Of a DNA stretch of 64,000 nucleotides, positions 20,531-33,005 are shown one piece after another. Made by a program: the position numbers and the translations under genes. The stretch spans positions 11,340,716-11,404,715 of the forward strand of contig CP154954.1 in assembly GCA_039621445.1 (NCBI GenBank), written 5' to 3'. The number at the start of each line of letters is the position of its first letter. The stretch's first letter is position 1. The notes beneath the pieces are model-generated. The model was not told where the DNA came from, did no database searches, and worked only from the letters and a program-made list of their open reading frames with translations. This stretch comes from Euglena gracilis (lineage: Eukaryota).

Positions 20531-23500
20531 GGCCCCGAGCGAGAAATTGGTGATGGACTTTTTGGTGGTCGCTAGCGACTAGTCGCTAGCGACCATGGTC
20601 GCTAGCGACCATTTTCTAGCGACTAGTCGCTAGCGACCATTGGTGATAGGGTCGCTAGCGACCACCAATTTTAAGTCCACCCCGGTCCTAGGCGGTAGAC
20701 TGGGGGGGGGGGTCCTGGGTGGTCGGCCGACTAGTCGGCCGACCACCCAATTGGTCGGCCGACTAGGACTGGTCGGCAGCTAGTCGGCGAGACGGGGGGG
20801 GGGGGCCTGGGTGGTCGGCGGACTAGTCGGCCGACCACCCACTCTAATGTAGTTACGGGCCAGTCTCGCCGACTTTTTATGAAGAAAATTGTATGCAAAC
20901 TAGTCGGTGGCTAGTCGGTGGGCATAAAAATGGTCTGTGGCGGGTCCAAACCACCCGGAAATGGTCCGGATGGGGCCAAATAAGTGCCTTACACCAACAG
21001 GAACACCCTCAGATGGAAATTTTTGGTCGGTGGGGGGTCGGTGGGCCCTTGATGGGGTCCGGAGGGGTAAAAAACCAATGACAAAACAGGGATTACATGA
21101 AAATCCTTTAGAAATGCAAGCATTCTGCATCAGGACAGGCTGAAAACTCCCCCCTCCACCCCCACCCGAGCCCAGATAACAAAATCCCTTCTATGTTGGC
21201 AACATACTCGGGGGCTAAGTCACTTTTGTGGCTCACTTTGGCATAGGCGGGGGGGGCTCCGCCCCCCCCCCCCCCGCACCCCCCCCTCAAATAACAAAAT
21301 CCCTTCTATGTTGGCAACATACTCCGGGGCTAAGTCGTTTTTGTGGCTCACTTTGGCATAGGCGGGGGGGGGCTCCGCCCCCCCGCACCCCCCCCCCTCA
21401 AATAACAAAATCCCTTCTATGTTGGCAACATACTCCGGGGTTAAGTCGTTTTTGTGGCTAACTTTGGCATAGGCGGGGGGGGGCTCCGCCCCCCCCGCAC
21501 CCCCCCCCTCAAATAACAAAATCCCTTCTATGTTGGCAATATACTTGGAGGGCTAAGTCCTTTTGTGCAAAATTTGACTTATATTGACTTATATACAACG
21601 GATAGAGGTGTTCTTTTGCCAAAAGTGGCCCAAAATGGACATTTTCCCCCAATTTTTTTGCATATTCACCCCCGATTGGGGGGTTTTGGAGCCATTTGGG
21701 TGGGTTTTGACTGGTTTTGGGGTGATTTGGACAAATTTTTTTCTCGGGGGGGGGCTTAAAAGTCGGCGAAACTGGCCCGTAACTACATTAGAGTGGGTGG
21801 TCGGCCGACTAGTCGGCCGACCACCCAGGACCCCCCCCGCCTGTTTCGCCGACTAACTGCCGACCAGGCCTAGTCTGCCGACCAATTGGGTGGTCGGCCG
21901 ACTAGTCGACCGACCCCCCAGGGCCCCCCCCCCCAGTCTACCGTTTGCCACTGTCCACCCCCCCCCTCTAAAAAAGTTTTTAAGCCCCCCCCCTCCAAAA
22001 AAAATTCATTCAAATATGAAGGAAAATGACTCGAAACCCACCCAAATGCCTTCAGAAACCCCCATTCGGGGGTCCATCTGCAAAAAATTTTGGGTAATAT
22101 CTTCTTTTTGCGCCAGTTCTGTGAAAGTTGTCTTTGTCCAGGAGATAAGGAGCACGATTCGGCCTTCCTTGCCTTGCACACACAAGGGGATTTTGTTATT
22201 GGAGGGCGGGGGGGTGCGGGGGAGGGGGGGCAGCCCCCCCCCCCGCTAGACGACCAAGGGCGCCGAAGGCGCCTTAGGACTGTTTTGTTTACGGTGCGCG
22301 TGGCATTACATGCGCGCCTGGCGCTTGGGTCGGTTACCCCCGGAGGGGATTTTGTTTTTGGAGGGCGGGGGGGGGTGCGGGGGGGGGCGGCAGCCCCCCC
22401 CCCCTCTAGACGACCAAGGGCGCCGAAGGCGCCTTAGGACTGTTTTGTTTACGGTGCGCGTGGCATTACATGCGCGCCTGGCCCTTGGGTCGGTTACCCC
22501 CGGAGGGGATTTTGTTATTGGAGGGCGGGGGGGTGCGGGGGGGGGGGGGGCGGCAGCCCCCCCCCCGCTAGACGACCAAGGGCGCCGAAGGCGCCTTAGG
22601 ACTGTTTTGTTTACGGTGCGCGTGGCATTACATGCGCGCCTGGCCCTTGGGTCGGTTACCCCCCGGAGGGGAGTTTGTTATTGGAGGGCGGGGGGGGGGT
22701 GCGGGGGGGGGGCGGCAGCCCCCCCCCGCTAGACGACCAAGGGCGCCGAAGGCGCCTTAGGACTGTTTTGTTTACGGTGCGCGTGGCATTACATGCGCGC
22801 CTGGCCCTTGGGTCGGTTACACCACGGAGGGGATTTTGTTATTGGCGGGCGGGGGGGGTGCGGGGGGGGGCGGCAGCCCCCCCCCCCCCCCGCTAGACGA
22901 CCAAGGGCGCCGAAGGCGCCTTAGGACTGTTTTGTTTACGGTGCGCGTGGCATTACATGCGCGCCTGGCCCTTGGGTCGGTTACCCCCCGGAGGGGATTT
23001 TGTTATTGGAGGGCGGGGGGGAGGGTGCGGGGGGGGGGCGGCAGCCCCCCCCCCCCCCGCTAGACGACCAAGGGCGCCGAAGGCGCCTTAGGACTGTTTC
23101 GTTTACGGTGCGCGCCTGGCTTTTGTTTACAGTGCGCGTGGGCCGACTGAGTTCGCATATCGGGGTTCCTTCGGGAGCACAGTTTGGCCCTCCTACTGCA
23201 GCCTTCTCCGGGGGGGGGGTGTCAACCCCCCCCCCCCCCGCACCCCCACCCGTCCAACTGAACTCCTGGACAAAGACAACTTTCACAGAACTGGCGCAAA
23301 AAGAAGATATTACCCATTTTTTTTGCAAATGGACCCCCGAATGGGGGTTTCTGAAGGCATTTGGGTGGGTTTCGAGTCGTTTTCCTTCATATTTCAATGA
23401 AAAAAATTTGGAGGGGGGGGGCTTAAAAATTTTTTTAGAGGGGGGGGGTGGACTTAAAATTGGTGGTCGGGCCGACTAGTCGGCCCGACCACCAATGGTC

Positions 23501-23595
23501 GCTAGGCCATCACCAACAGTCGCTAGCGACTAGTCGCTAGCGACTAGTCGCTAGCGACCACCAAAAAATCCATCACCAATTTCCCGCAATGAGCC
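20531..23595. mobile_element. Non-autonomous TIR element with a 9-bp TSD (Mutator-like)
   Basis: TSD CGCCAGCGC at 20522-20530 and 23596-23604. TIRs ...GAAATTGGTGATGGA...GGTGGTCGCTAGCGACTAGTCG. Contains ~115-bp (21170-21560) and ~163-bp tandem arrays. Confidence 0.8.
22185..23115. repeat. ~163-bp tandem array, 6 units
   Basis: CTAGACGACCAAGGGCGCCGAAGGCGCCTTAGGACTG recurs six times; units differ mainly in G/C homopolymer length. Confidence 0.9.
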
Positions 23596-23930
23596 CGCCA
23601 GCGCCCCGTTTTGGGCTGCCGACCCATTGACTTTGGGTCAAAACCGGGTCAAAAAAGTGGAAAAAAGTCGAAATTTTTTTTGCCCGAAACGATGTTTTTG
23701 GGCCTCCCGGACGCCAAAAAAAATGTTCAAAAAATTTCAAAAAATGAGCATTTTTTGGATCAATTTTCAAAGAAAAATCAGGGAAAAGAAAAATTGACCG
23801 ATTTCGACCCGATTTTCGGCCCTTTGCCCGTCCGTGAAATCGAAAAATTTTCCCCCCCCCCCCCCCAGTTTCGAGGTAGGAGGGGGGGTCCGACCCCCCC
23901 CCCCCTTCGTGTCGGGGGGGTCCAACCCCC

Positions 23931-25704
23931 GGCTCCGTGCGGATTACTGGCCATGCTAGTTCTGGAGGTCGGGCCGACCTAGGTCGGGCCGACCTTTGGC
24001 CATGGCTTATCGACCTCTGGTGGTCGGGCCGACCAGGTCGGCCCGACCTCCAAAAATCCGCATTACCCCCCCCCCCATTTTCAATTTTTAAGCCCCCCCC
24101 CCTCAAAATTTTGATTCGCTTAATTCAATGTAAAATGCAAGGAAACCCATCAAAATGTCCCTAAAAAAGTCGGAAAATGTCCCATATTGAAAAAAAAGGG
24201 GGTGAAAGGCCAAATCAGTTCCATGGCCAACCCCAAACCATAATCCCAACCCCAAATAAAACCCTTTTATCCCTTTCATTAACAAAATAAACCCCTTTTA
24301 TCTGCCAATCCCTTTTATCCGCCAACCCCTTTTCCGGTGCAAGCCGACCTAACCCTATCCCTTTCATTAACAAAATAAACCCCTATTATCTGCCAACCCC
24401 TTTTCGGGTGCAAGTCGACCTAACCCTATCCCTTTCATTAACAAAATAAACCCCTTTTATCTGCCAACCCCTTTTATCTGCCAACCCCTTTTCGGGTGCA
24501 AGTCGACCTAACCCTATCCCTTTCATTAACAAAATAAGCCCCTTTTATCCGCCAACCCCTTTTCGGGTGCAAGTCGACCTAACCCTATCCCTTTCATTAA
24601 CAAAATAAACCCCTTTTATCTGCCAACCCCTTCTCGGGTGCAAGTCGACCTAACCCTATCCCTTTCATTAACAAAATAAACCCCTTTTATCTGCCAACCC
24701 CTTTTATCTGCCAACCCCTTTTCGGGTGCAAGTCGACCTAACCCTATCCCTTTCATTAACAAAATAAACCCGTTTTATTCGCCAACCCCTTCTCGGGTGC
24801 AAGTCGACCGAACCCTATCCCTTTCATTAACAAAATAAACCCGTTTTATCCGCCAACCCCTTCTCGGGTGCAAGTCGACCTAACCCTATCCCTTTCATTA
24901 ACAAAATAAACCCCTTTTATCTGCCAACCCCTTTCATCTGCCAACCCCTTTTCGGGTGCAAGTCGACCTAACCCTATCCCTTTCATTAACAAAATAAACC
25001 CCTTTTATCTGCCAACCCCTTTTATCTGCCAACCCCTTCTCGGGTGCAAGTCGACCTAACCCTATCCCTTTCATTAACAAAATAAGCCCCTTTTATCCGC
25101 CAACCCCTTTTCGGGTGCAAGTCGACCTAACCCTATCCCATTCATTAACAAAATAAACCCCTTTTATCTGCCAACCCCTTCTCGGGTGCAAGTCGACCTA
25201 ACCCTATCCCTTTCATTAACAAAATAAACCCCTTTTATCTGCCAACCCCTTCTCGGGTGCAAGTCGACCTAACCCTATCCCTTTCATTAACAAAATAAAC
25301 CCCTTTTATCTGCCAACCCCTTGTCGGGTGCAAGTCGACCTAACCCTATCCCTTTCATTAACAAAATAAACCCCTTTTATCTGCCAACCCCTTTTATCTG
25401 CCAACCCCTTCTCGGGTGCAAGTCGACCTAACCCTATCCCTAACCTAACCTAACCTAACCCTTTTCCATCCCCAACCTTGACATTTTGGCAGTTTGCAAA
25501 CCAAATTGAGAGGAATTTGGTTGGGGGGGGGGGGCTTAAATTTCAAAAAAGGGGGGGGTAATGCGGAATAGTGGAGGTCGGGCCGACCTAGGTCGGCCCG
25601 ACCACCAAAGGTCGATAACACCTAGGTCGGGCCGACCATGGTCGGGCCGACCATAGGTCGGCCCGACCTCCAGAACTAGCAAGGCCAATATTCCGCCCGG
25701 GGCC
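23931..25704. mobile_element. Non-autonomous TIR element with a 9-bp TSD (Mutator-like) enclosing a minisatellite
   Basis: TSD CCAACCCCC at 23922-23930 and 25705-25713. Ends GGCTCCGTGCGGA / TCCGCCCGGGGCC; GGTCGGGCCGACC subterminal motifs. Confidence 0.72.
24270..25460. repeat. Minisatellite of 71/88-bp units (~15 copies) ending in (TAACC)n
   Basis: Unit CCCTATCCCTTTCATTAACAAAATAAACCCCTTTTATCTGCCAACCCCTTTTCGGGTGCAAGTCGACCTAA with an optional 17-bp internal duplication. Confidence 0.92.
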
Positions 25705-26240
25705 CCAACCCCCCCCCCCCCAAGGCTTCCCATCCATCCCTGCCTACCCCAGAAATAATTAATTTTTTAAGTAATTTAAGTAATTATTTCTGTATGTGCG
25801 AAATGGGATTTTTTCTCGATTTTCGGTATCTTTCTGGTGATACGTTGGTTTTTGAGGGTGGGTGGGCGAGGGCCGCTGGACCTGTTGTTCCAAACTTCCA
25901 ACAGGTCGGTCCGACCTCAGGTTGGCTGCCGGGCAGACCAGGCCAGGGCGTCGCTAAAGCCGAAGGGGACCCCATCCCCCAGGGGGTTCCGCCCAGCCAG
26001 TCTTTTTCCATCCCCGGACCCCCATCCCCCACCCCATCGACGAGAATATTTTCCAGCCTCTGAGCTGGACCCCCTTGGGGAGTCGCAAAGCAACGCGGGG
26101 GGGGGGGGGTTGATGCAGTGGACTTGGGCATCCTCATTGACCACGAGAGGTCAGCCCAACCACCAAAACCGCCACGGCCAAAAATCCACCCAGGGTGCTC
26201 TGAGACACCCCAGCCTGTCCTCCATTTCTTTGTCTTCTTA

Positions 26241-27009
26241 CCTCCCCCCCCCCAAGCCCAATGAACACCCTTGCCCAATGAACAGGGGGTGTTCGGACCG
26301 TCTAGATTGTCACCATATACTTTTTTTGCGTCGGCAAGGAAATATTCCTTTGTTGCTGTTGTGAGGATGCCAGTGATTCTGATTCAGGTCATGGAACTGA
26401 TTCAAGTCAGGCTTCCGTATTTGCGGGGGGTCGACCCCCCCCACCCCCCTGCATGGTGGGTGGGGGGGGGGGGTCGACCCCCCCCACCACCCTTCCCGCA
26501 TTTTCGGGAGCACCAATTTTTTGGACACAAAAAAAAATTCCGGCGCCTTCGGCGCCGGGTGGTTTTTTTTTTGACCCGTTTTGGGACCCATGTAGGGGGT
26601 CCCCCCAAAAACCACCCAAACCTCAATTTTTTCACACCTTCCAAAAATTCAACGTTTTCTCAAAATTTTGATTTTGAGAGTTTTTTGAAGCAAAAAATGC
26701 CATTGAAAGTCCAAAAAAAATCCAAAGAGAAAAAATGTCAGTAAAATTTGATTCTGCCAAAGAAAGAAATTTTTTTCTGGCCAACATCCCCGTTTTCCCA
26801 AAATCGGTGAAAATGCTGTGGTGGGTGGGGGGGGGTCGACCCCCCCCACCAGGCCTTCCCGTTCTGCCCTGACGTGCACTGTACATGCACGTTTCAAGGC
26901 TACACTGAGAAGGTGACAGGATTAGTGAACACCCATGTCCAATGAACGCCCCCCGTTCGGACCGTCTAGATTGTCACCTTAGTGTTCATTGGGCTTGGGG
27001 GGGGGGAGG
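26241..27009. mobile_element. TA-flanked MITE
   Basis: TIRs CCT-Cn-AAGCCCAATGAACAC / GTGTTCATTGGGCTT-Gn-AGG, TA on both sides. A related end is at ~62886-63035. Confidence 0.72.
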
Positions 27010-27045
27010 TACCTGGCATTGAAAACGGGCCGAAATTCTTCCACT

Positions 27046-27118
27046 GGTCTTGATTCCACTTGTGTTTGTGATCCTCAGACTGTGGTCACGCCCTTTGATC
27101 CTGGCCATCATTTGCCAG
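27046..27118 (+). CDS. Exon 2 of the claudin/amastin-like gene
   Basis: Encodes (L)VLIPLVFVILRLWSRPLILAIICQ. Both flanks base-pair with the distant intron ends (11645-11658 with 27027-27040; 27122-27135 region with 31607-31620). Confidence 0.75.
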
Positions 27119-30100
27119 GTCCAGGCATTTTCTGAAGTCAGGATGTCCCACCCGCCATTGGCAGCACTTTCTCTGTGCGGATTTCCACGGATCCTAACTG
27201 GGTGGGGCGCAAGGTTGGCATTTTTTTTAAAAGAAAGCAAAAAAAAGTTTTTTTCCCAAAAAAAAAACACACCAAAAAGCAAAATGCAAAAATGAAAAAT
27301 TTGCATTTGAATGCATTTGAAAATGCAAAAATTGTTTGTTTTTTTCATTGAAGAACACCAATCAAAAAAAAAACCCTCAAAAAATGTTTTTTTTTTGGAA
27401 ATTGACAAAGAATGTTTTTTTGGTCAAATCGGGGAAATTCACCCGTTTAGGTCAGTGGATTTCCATTCAGGGGCCCACTTCGGTCAGTCGATTTCCAAGA
27501 CACTGAAATCTGTTGTTGGTAAGATTCGGAATTTTAGTGAAATTTTGGATTTCCACCTTTTTTCGACATTTTTTTGGTTGTGCGGGGTTATGGAAGCGTT
27601 TTGGACCAGACAATGGCTAAATCTTGCAGTCAGATGGCCCCAAGCGGATTTCCGGTGGTCGTCCTTGTGGTGGTCGGCCCGACCTTGTCGACCTGTGGTG
27701 GTCGGCCCGACCACCATTTTTTTGCACTACCCCCCCCTTCTGGAGATTTAAGCCCCCCCCCCCTGAAAAAACTTTTGTCCAAATCACCCCAACACCAGTC
27801 AAAACCCACTTAAATGGCTCCAGAACCCCCCAATCGGGGGCGAATATGCAAAAAGTTGGGGGGAAAATGCCCATTTTGGGCCACTTTTGGCAAAAGAATA
27901 CCTCTCCCCATCGGATTTTCAATATAATTGCAAAATTCTGCGCAAAAAGGACTTATCCCTCCAAGTATGTTGCCAACATAGAGGGGATTTTGTTATCTGA
28001 GGGGGGGGGCGGGGGGGGGGGGGGCGGAGCCCCCCCCCCCCCCGCCTATGCCAAAGTGAGCCACAAAAACGACTTGGCCCCCGAGTATGTTGCCAACTCG
28101 GAAGGGATTTTGTTATTTGAGGTTCGGATGGGGGTCGAGGGAGGAGTTTCCTGCCTCTCGTGATGCAGAGCAGGGAATTTCTTAAGCCGGAGGGTACCCT
28201 ACCCCCCGGGGGGGGGGGGCCCAGCCAGCCAGCACCGCAAATCCAGCCAGCAGCCCAAATTCGGGCTGGGAGCCCCCCCCCCCCCGGGGTCGGGTGAAAT
28301 AAAGTTGGGTCCAGCCCGGCCGGAGGCCGGGCCAGCCGGCCGAAGGCCGGGCCAGCCGGCCGCAGGCTGGCCCGCCAACTGGGCTGCCCAGCTCACTTAT
28401 CCTTGCATTTTTTTCCCCTCATCACAGCCCCTCCATCACAACCCCCCAGTCTTGATCTAGCTCCACCCATCAAAATGTCGAAAATGGCAAAAATGTGTTA
28501 GAAAATTTTGGTTTTCCTCGACCCAGCCCAGCCCAGCCCCCTCCAGCCCCGGACCCACCCCCCCCGGGGGGGTCCAGCCAGCAGCTCAAATCCAGCCAGC
28601 AGCCTTTTTGCCAGCCGGAGGCTGGACCCCCCCCCGGGGGGGTCCTTAAGAAATTCCCTGGTGGTCATAAAAATGGTCTGTGGCGGGCCCAAATCACCCG
28701 GAAATGGTCCGGATGGGTCCAAATAAATGTCTTACACCAACATAAACACCCCCAGATGGAAATCTTTGGTCGGTGGGGGTCGGTGGGCCCTTGATGAGGG
28801 GTAAAAAACCAATGATGAAACAGGGATTACATGAAAATCCTTTAGAAATGCAAGCATTCTGCATCAGGGAATTTCTTAAGGATTTTCTTCATAGACTTAA
28901 ATGTCGGCGGTACTGACCCGTTAGTACATTAGAGTGGGTAGTCGGCCGACTACCCAATACCCCCCCCACCCCGTCTCGCCGACTAGCTACCGACCATTAG
29001 TCGGCCGACTACCCCCCCTCCCAGTCTACCGCCATGCGCCCCGAAGGCCGCCTGGCCGAAGGCCGAAGGCCGCGCAGTTTCAGAACCTGATCAGTTATGA
29101 TGTTATTTAAAGACGTAGGGTTAGGGTCAAGTTTCTATTCCTAACTGTCCCATCCCCTCAACGTTTTTCAACTGGTGTCTGCGGGGGACCAAGCGAACCC
29201 AAAGAGGCGCCCAATTGGGGTTAAAAACGTTGGAGGACCCGAGCGAGGCGCCGACGGCGCCGAGCGAGTGTCCTCCAATGTATATTAACCCTAGTTGGGC
29301 GTCTCTTTGGGGTAGCTGGTCCCCTGCAGGCACCAATTTATCACGCATCAGTCACCGACCCCTCAACTGGTCGATCGACCCTTCAACTAGTTGGTGGTAG
29401 GCTGGAGGGGGGGCTGGCTAGTCGGCTGACTAGCCAATTGGTCGGCCGACCGACCACGCCAATTGGTCGGTCGGCCTAGTCGGCGAGACAGGGGGGGGGG
29501 GCAGTTGGCCGACTAGTCGGCGAAATACCCACTCTAATGTGCTGGTGAGTCAACCACCGACTTTTAAGCCCCCCCCCCCCCTGAAAAAAACTTCGGATGC
29601 GGGTGGAGGGGGGAGTTTTCTGCCTCTCGTAAGAGTCATGGCCAGTTTCCCCCCCCCAGGACCCCCCCAGGACCCACCGCCACCGGGAGGCGGTACCCAC
29701 TGCAAAGTAACCTGAATTTGTGCTGCAAAATTTCTGCCAAAAAGTTGCGGGACCCACCCAGGACCCCCCCCCCCCCAGCACCCCCCCAGGACAGGGTCCT
29801 GGGGGGGGAACTGGCCACAAGTGCATTTCCGGGTGATTTGGGCCCGCCACAGACCATTTTTATGCCCACCGACTAGCCACCGACCAGGGGGGGGGGCTTA
29901 AAAGTTCAAAAAGGGGGGGGTATTGCGGGAAAATGGTGGTCGGCCCGACCACCACAGGTCGGTCGACCACCACCACAGGTCGGGCCGACCATGGTCGGCC
30001 CGACCACCACGACGGCGACCACCGGAAATCCGCACGGAGCCAGATGTCACAACTGGCTAACAGGCCGAATTTAGGATGTCCGTTTCATTTTCTGGAACTT

Positions 30101-30158
30101 CAGAATAAGCATTCTGTACAATTTGGCCAGATTCCGTTGTCATCGCTGGACGCCTGAT

Positions 30159-30376
30159 CAGGCTGTATTTTAGTCGGGTGCCGACCCCACCCAGGGGTGG
30201 GGGGTGCCTGCCTGTGCAGGCACAACCCCGGCGCGGGGAGCCAAAAATAGCCTGTTTTCAAAGGAATGTGCCTGGGCACAGGCCGAAATCCGACCCCCCC
30301 CCCGGGGGGGGGCCTGCCTCGGCAGGCACTCAGACCCCTCCTCCCCCACCCCCTGGGTTGCTAAAAAAACAGCCTG
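30159..30376. mobile_element. hAT-like MITE, 8-bp TSD
   Basis: TSD CGCCTGAT at 30151-30158 and 30377-30384; ends CAGGCTGT...ACAGCCTG. Confidence 0.82.
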
Positions 30377-30636
30377 CGCCTGATGAGAAGCTTTCGATCG
30401 GGGGTGTTTTGGCAACTGTTAAAACCTATTTCCATGGCCCGACGCCTGTCTTGAAATTCCACTGACATCAACGGATTTCAGGCTGAAATTGTTTATGTTG
30501 ATCGCTTTCCAAGACGGCGCCCATTTATGTCGTTTGATCAATTGATTGGCTTCGATTTCAGCAGAGGGCGCCGGGCGGCTTGCTTCGCTCGCTCGCACCC
30601 GGAGCCCCTGCTGAAACCGTTGGTGTCGGTCGATTT

Positions 30637-31245
30637 TTGAAACAGACGGATACAATCCCGATCGTCTAAATTCAGGAATTTCATCTTCATTGGTCAAGGA
30701 ATTGGGGAAATCTGGATATTGCCAAAAAGGCACAAATCGATTCCCAAGGCATCGGAATCCGTTTACGTCGGTCGATTTCCATTCAGGCGCCCGTTTACGT
30801 CAGTTGATTTCCATTCAGGCGGCTGTTAATGGGCCAAAAACCACTTTTTTTGGCTATAGTTCCGTCCAGGCGGTTCGGTCGAATGAAATTCAAGAATCAG
30901 GCCCAGACAAAATAGCAGGGGCGCCCGGCGCCCCTGCTGAATCTGTTAGTGTCGGTCGATTTTTTGTATAAAAATCTATTTTGTCTGGGCCCGATGCCTG
31001 TCTTGAATTTTGTTCGACGGAATTATAGCCAAAAAAGTGGTTTTTGGCCCATTAACAGCCGCCTGAATGGAAATCAACTGACGTAAACGGGCGCCTGAAT
31101 GGAAATCGACCGACGTAAACGGATTCCGATGCCTTGGGAATCGATTTGTGCCTTTTTGGCAATATCCAGATTTCCCCAATTCCTTGACCAATGAAGATGA
31201 AATTCCTGAATTTAGACGATCGGGATTGTATCCGTCTGTTTCAAA
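30637..31245. repeat. Foldback: ~230-bp near-perfect inverted duplication
   Basis: 30637-30866 is the reverse complement of 31016-31245; further partial direct copies run to ~31480. Confidence 0.85.
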
Positions 31246-31625
31246 GCTGAATCTGTTAGTGTCGGTCGATTTTTTGTATAAAAATCTATTTTGTCTGGGC
31301 CCGATGCCTGTCTTGAATTTTGTTCGACCGAACCGCCTGGACGGAATTATAGCCAAAAAAGTGGTTTTTGGCCCATTAACAGCCGCCTGAATGGAAATCG
31401 ACTGACGTAAGCGGGCGCCTGAATGGAAATTGACTGACCTAAACGGATTCCGATGTCTTTGAAATTGACCAACCTTTTTATGACGCTTTGTTCCATTTTT
31501 GGCAACATCTAGATTTCCCCAAATTCTTGACCAACGAAACTGAAATTTCTGATTTTATTAATTTAAGTCTGAATTTTGTTCATCCCAATGGTCAAGGGGT
31601 TGTTGCTCAGAAAGGGCCTGGCCGG

Positions 31626-31811
31626 GTGTTCATCATCATGGTACCTGCCTCCTCCATCTGCTCCTATTCTGTCTTCATCGCGTATGCCGAAATGACCTGC
31701 CACGCCAATAGTATTTTCCCAGTGCATGGCTACTCTTATGGGTTCATCCTGCTTGTCTTCTCCTCTGCCTTTTCGCTTGGAGCCACTGCGACTGGCTTTT
31801 TGGGCATTAGG
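31626..31811 (+). CDS. Exon 3 of the claudin/amastin-like gene
   Basis: VFIIMVPASSICSYSVFIAYAEMTCHANSIFPVHGYSYGFILLVFSSAFSLGATATGFLGIR: TM3, loop, GYSYGF motif and TM4. Confidence 0.8.
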
Positions 31812-32028
31812 GATCAGGGAATTGGACAGCATTAAGGTACTGCATGGCCCTTTTTTTGCACGACATGCATGTCAGAGCATTTTTCCTGCTGTTGTGTTTT
31901 TTTTTGAAGAATTCAAAAATCAAGAATTCAAGAATTCATATTTCCGCTTTTTTAAAAAAAAAGGTTGCTTAAATAGATTTTTTTTTGATTGAGCTCACTA
32001 ATTGCCAGTTGTCCAGCACCCTGTTGCC

Positions 32029-32193
32029 AAGCTGAAGAAGTACCAGCTGCTTGATCTCGATGTGAAGGAGAAGGAGTTCTATGTGGATGGGCAGGAGGTC
32101 CCGTTTGACGGGGTGTACGAGGAGTACAACCCGCATGCTGCCCCAACCCCCGTTCCGACCACTGACTCTCCGCACCACGTGGTTCTCTACTGA
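32029..32193 (+). CDS. Exon 4 (cytoplasmic tail) of the claudin/amastin-like gene
   Basis: KLKKYQLLDLDVKEKEFYVDGQEVPFDGVYEEYNPH...VLY*. In frame after intron 31812-32028 (CAG at +4..+6, CTG at -8..-6). The four exons sum to 774 nt. Confidence 0.82.
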   Translation, partial: KLKKYQLLDLDVKEKEFYVDGQEVPFDGVYEEYNPHAAPTPVPTTDSPHHVVLY

Positions 32194-32335
32194 GCTCTCC
32201 AGCCTGCTCCTCTACCCCGTGCTTGACCAAGCCGCAGTGATGTATCCTGTGAATGAGGAGTTTCTCGTGTTTTGTGTTGTTCCAAGAGCTCACAACACAC
32301 GCTCAGCCGCGCGCACACACACGCACACGCGCGCG

Positions 32336-32385
<50 letters not shown>

Positions 32386-32404
32386 CAGCACAAAGTCCAC
32401 AAAG

Positions 32405-33005
32405 CAGGGGTGGGGGAATGCGTTTCGCATTTTTTCGCATTTTTGCGCATTTTTTGCGCATTTTTGTCAATTTTTCAAAAATGCGCATTTTTGCGCATTT
32501 TTTGCAATTTCCCCCCCCCATTTTTGCACATTGTCCTGAGTTTGTGACATTCCTAAGGGAAAAAGGACTTAGACAAAATTTTTTTTCCAACAGTAAACCC
32601 AAAATTAAACCAAAATCACCAAAAAGAGCTGAAATGAAGGCATTTTGGCCAAAAAAGTGCGAAAATGGGTTCGTTGGTTACAGAAATGGGTCAGTTGAAC
32701 GTAGGCAAAATTCGGTGAGCATGTGATTTGGGTGGAAAATGTGCAAAAATGGCAAAATGTGCAAAATTGGGCAAAAAAAGGCGCAAAAAAGGCGCAAAAT
32801 TGAAAATGTGCAAAATTGGGCAAAAAAGGCGCAAAAAAGGCGCAAAATTGAAAATATGCAAAATTGGGCATAAAAATGCGCAAAAAAGGCGCAAAAATTG
32901 AAATGTGCAAAATTGGGCAAAAAATGCGCAAAAAATGCATTTTTTGCGCATTTTTTTGCGCATTTTTTCCGAGGGCCGTCCAGCGCATTTCCCCCCCCCC
33001 CCCTG
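32405..33005. mobile_element. MITE with GCGCAAAAA-type subterminal repeats
   Basis: Ends CAGGGG...AATGCG / CGCATTT-Cn-TG; CACAAAG duplicated on both flanks. Confidence 0.6.

Noticed and set aside
22185-23115. CRISPR-like array of palindromic repeats
   Set aside because: The sequences between repeats are the same in every unit (no unique spacers), there are no cas genes, and the context is eukaryotic; this is a tandem repeat.
24270-25460. Second regular array as a possible CRISPR
   Set aside because: Whole units are near-identical; this is a minisatellite.
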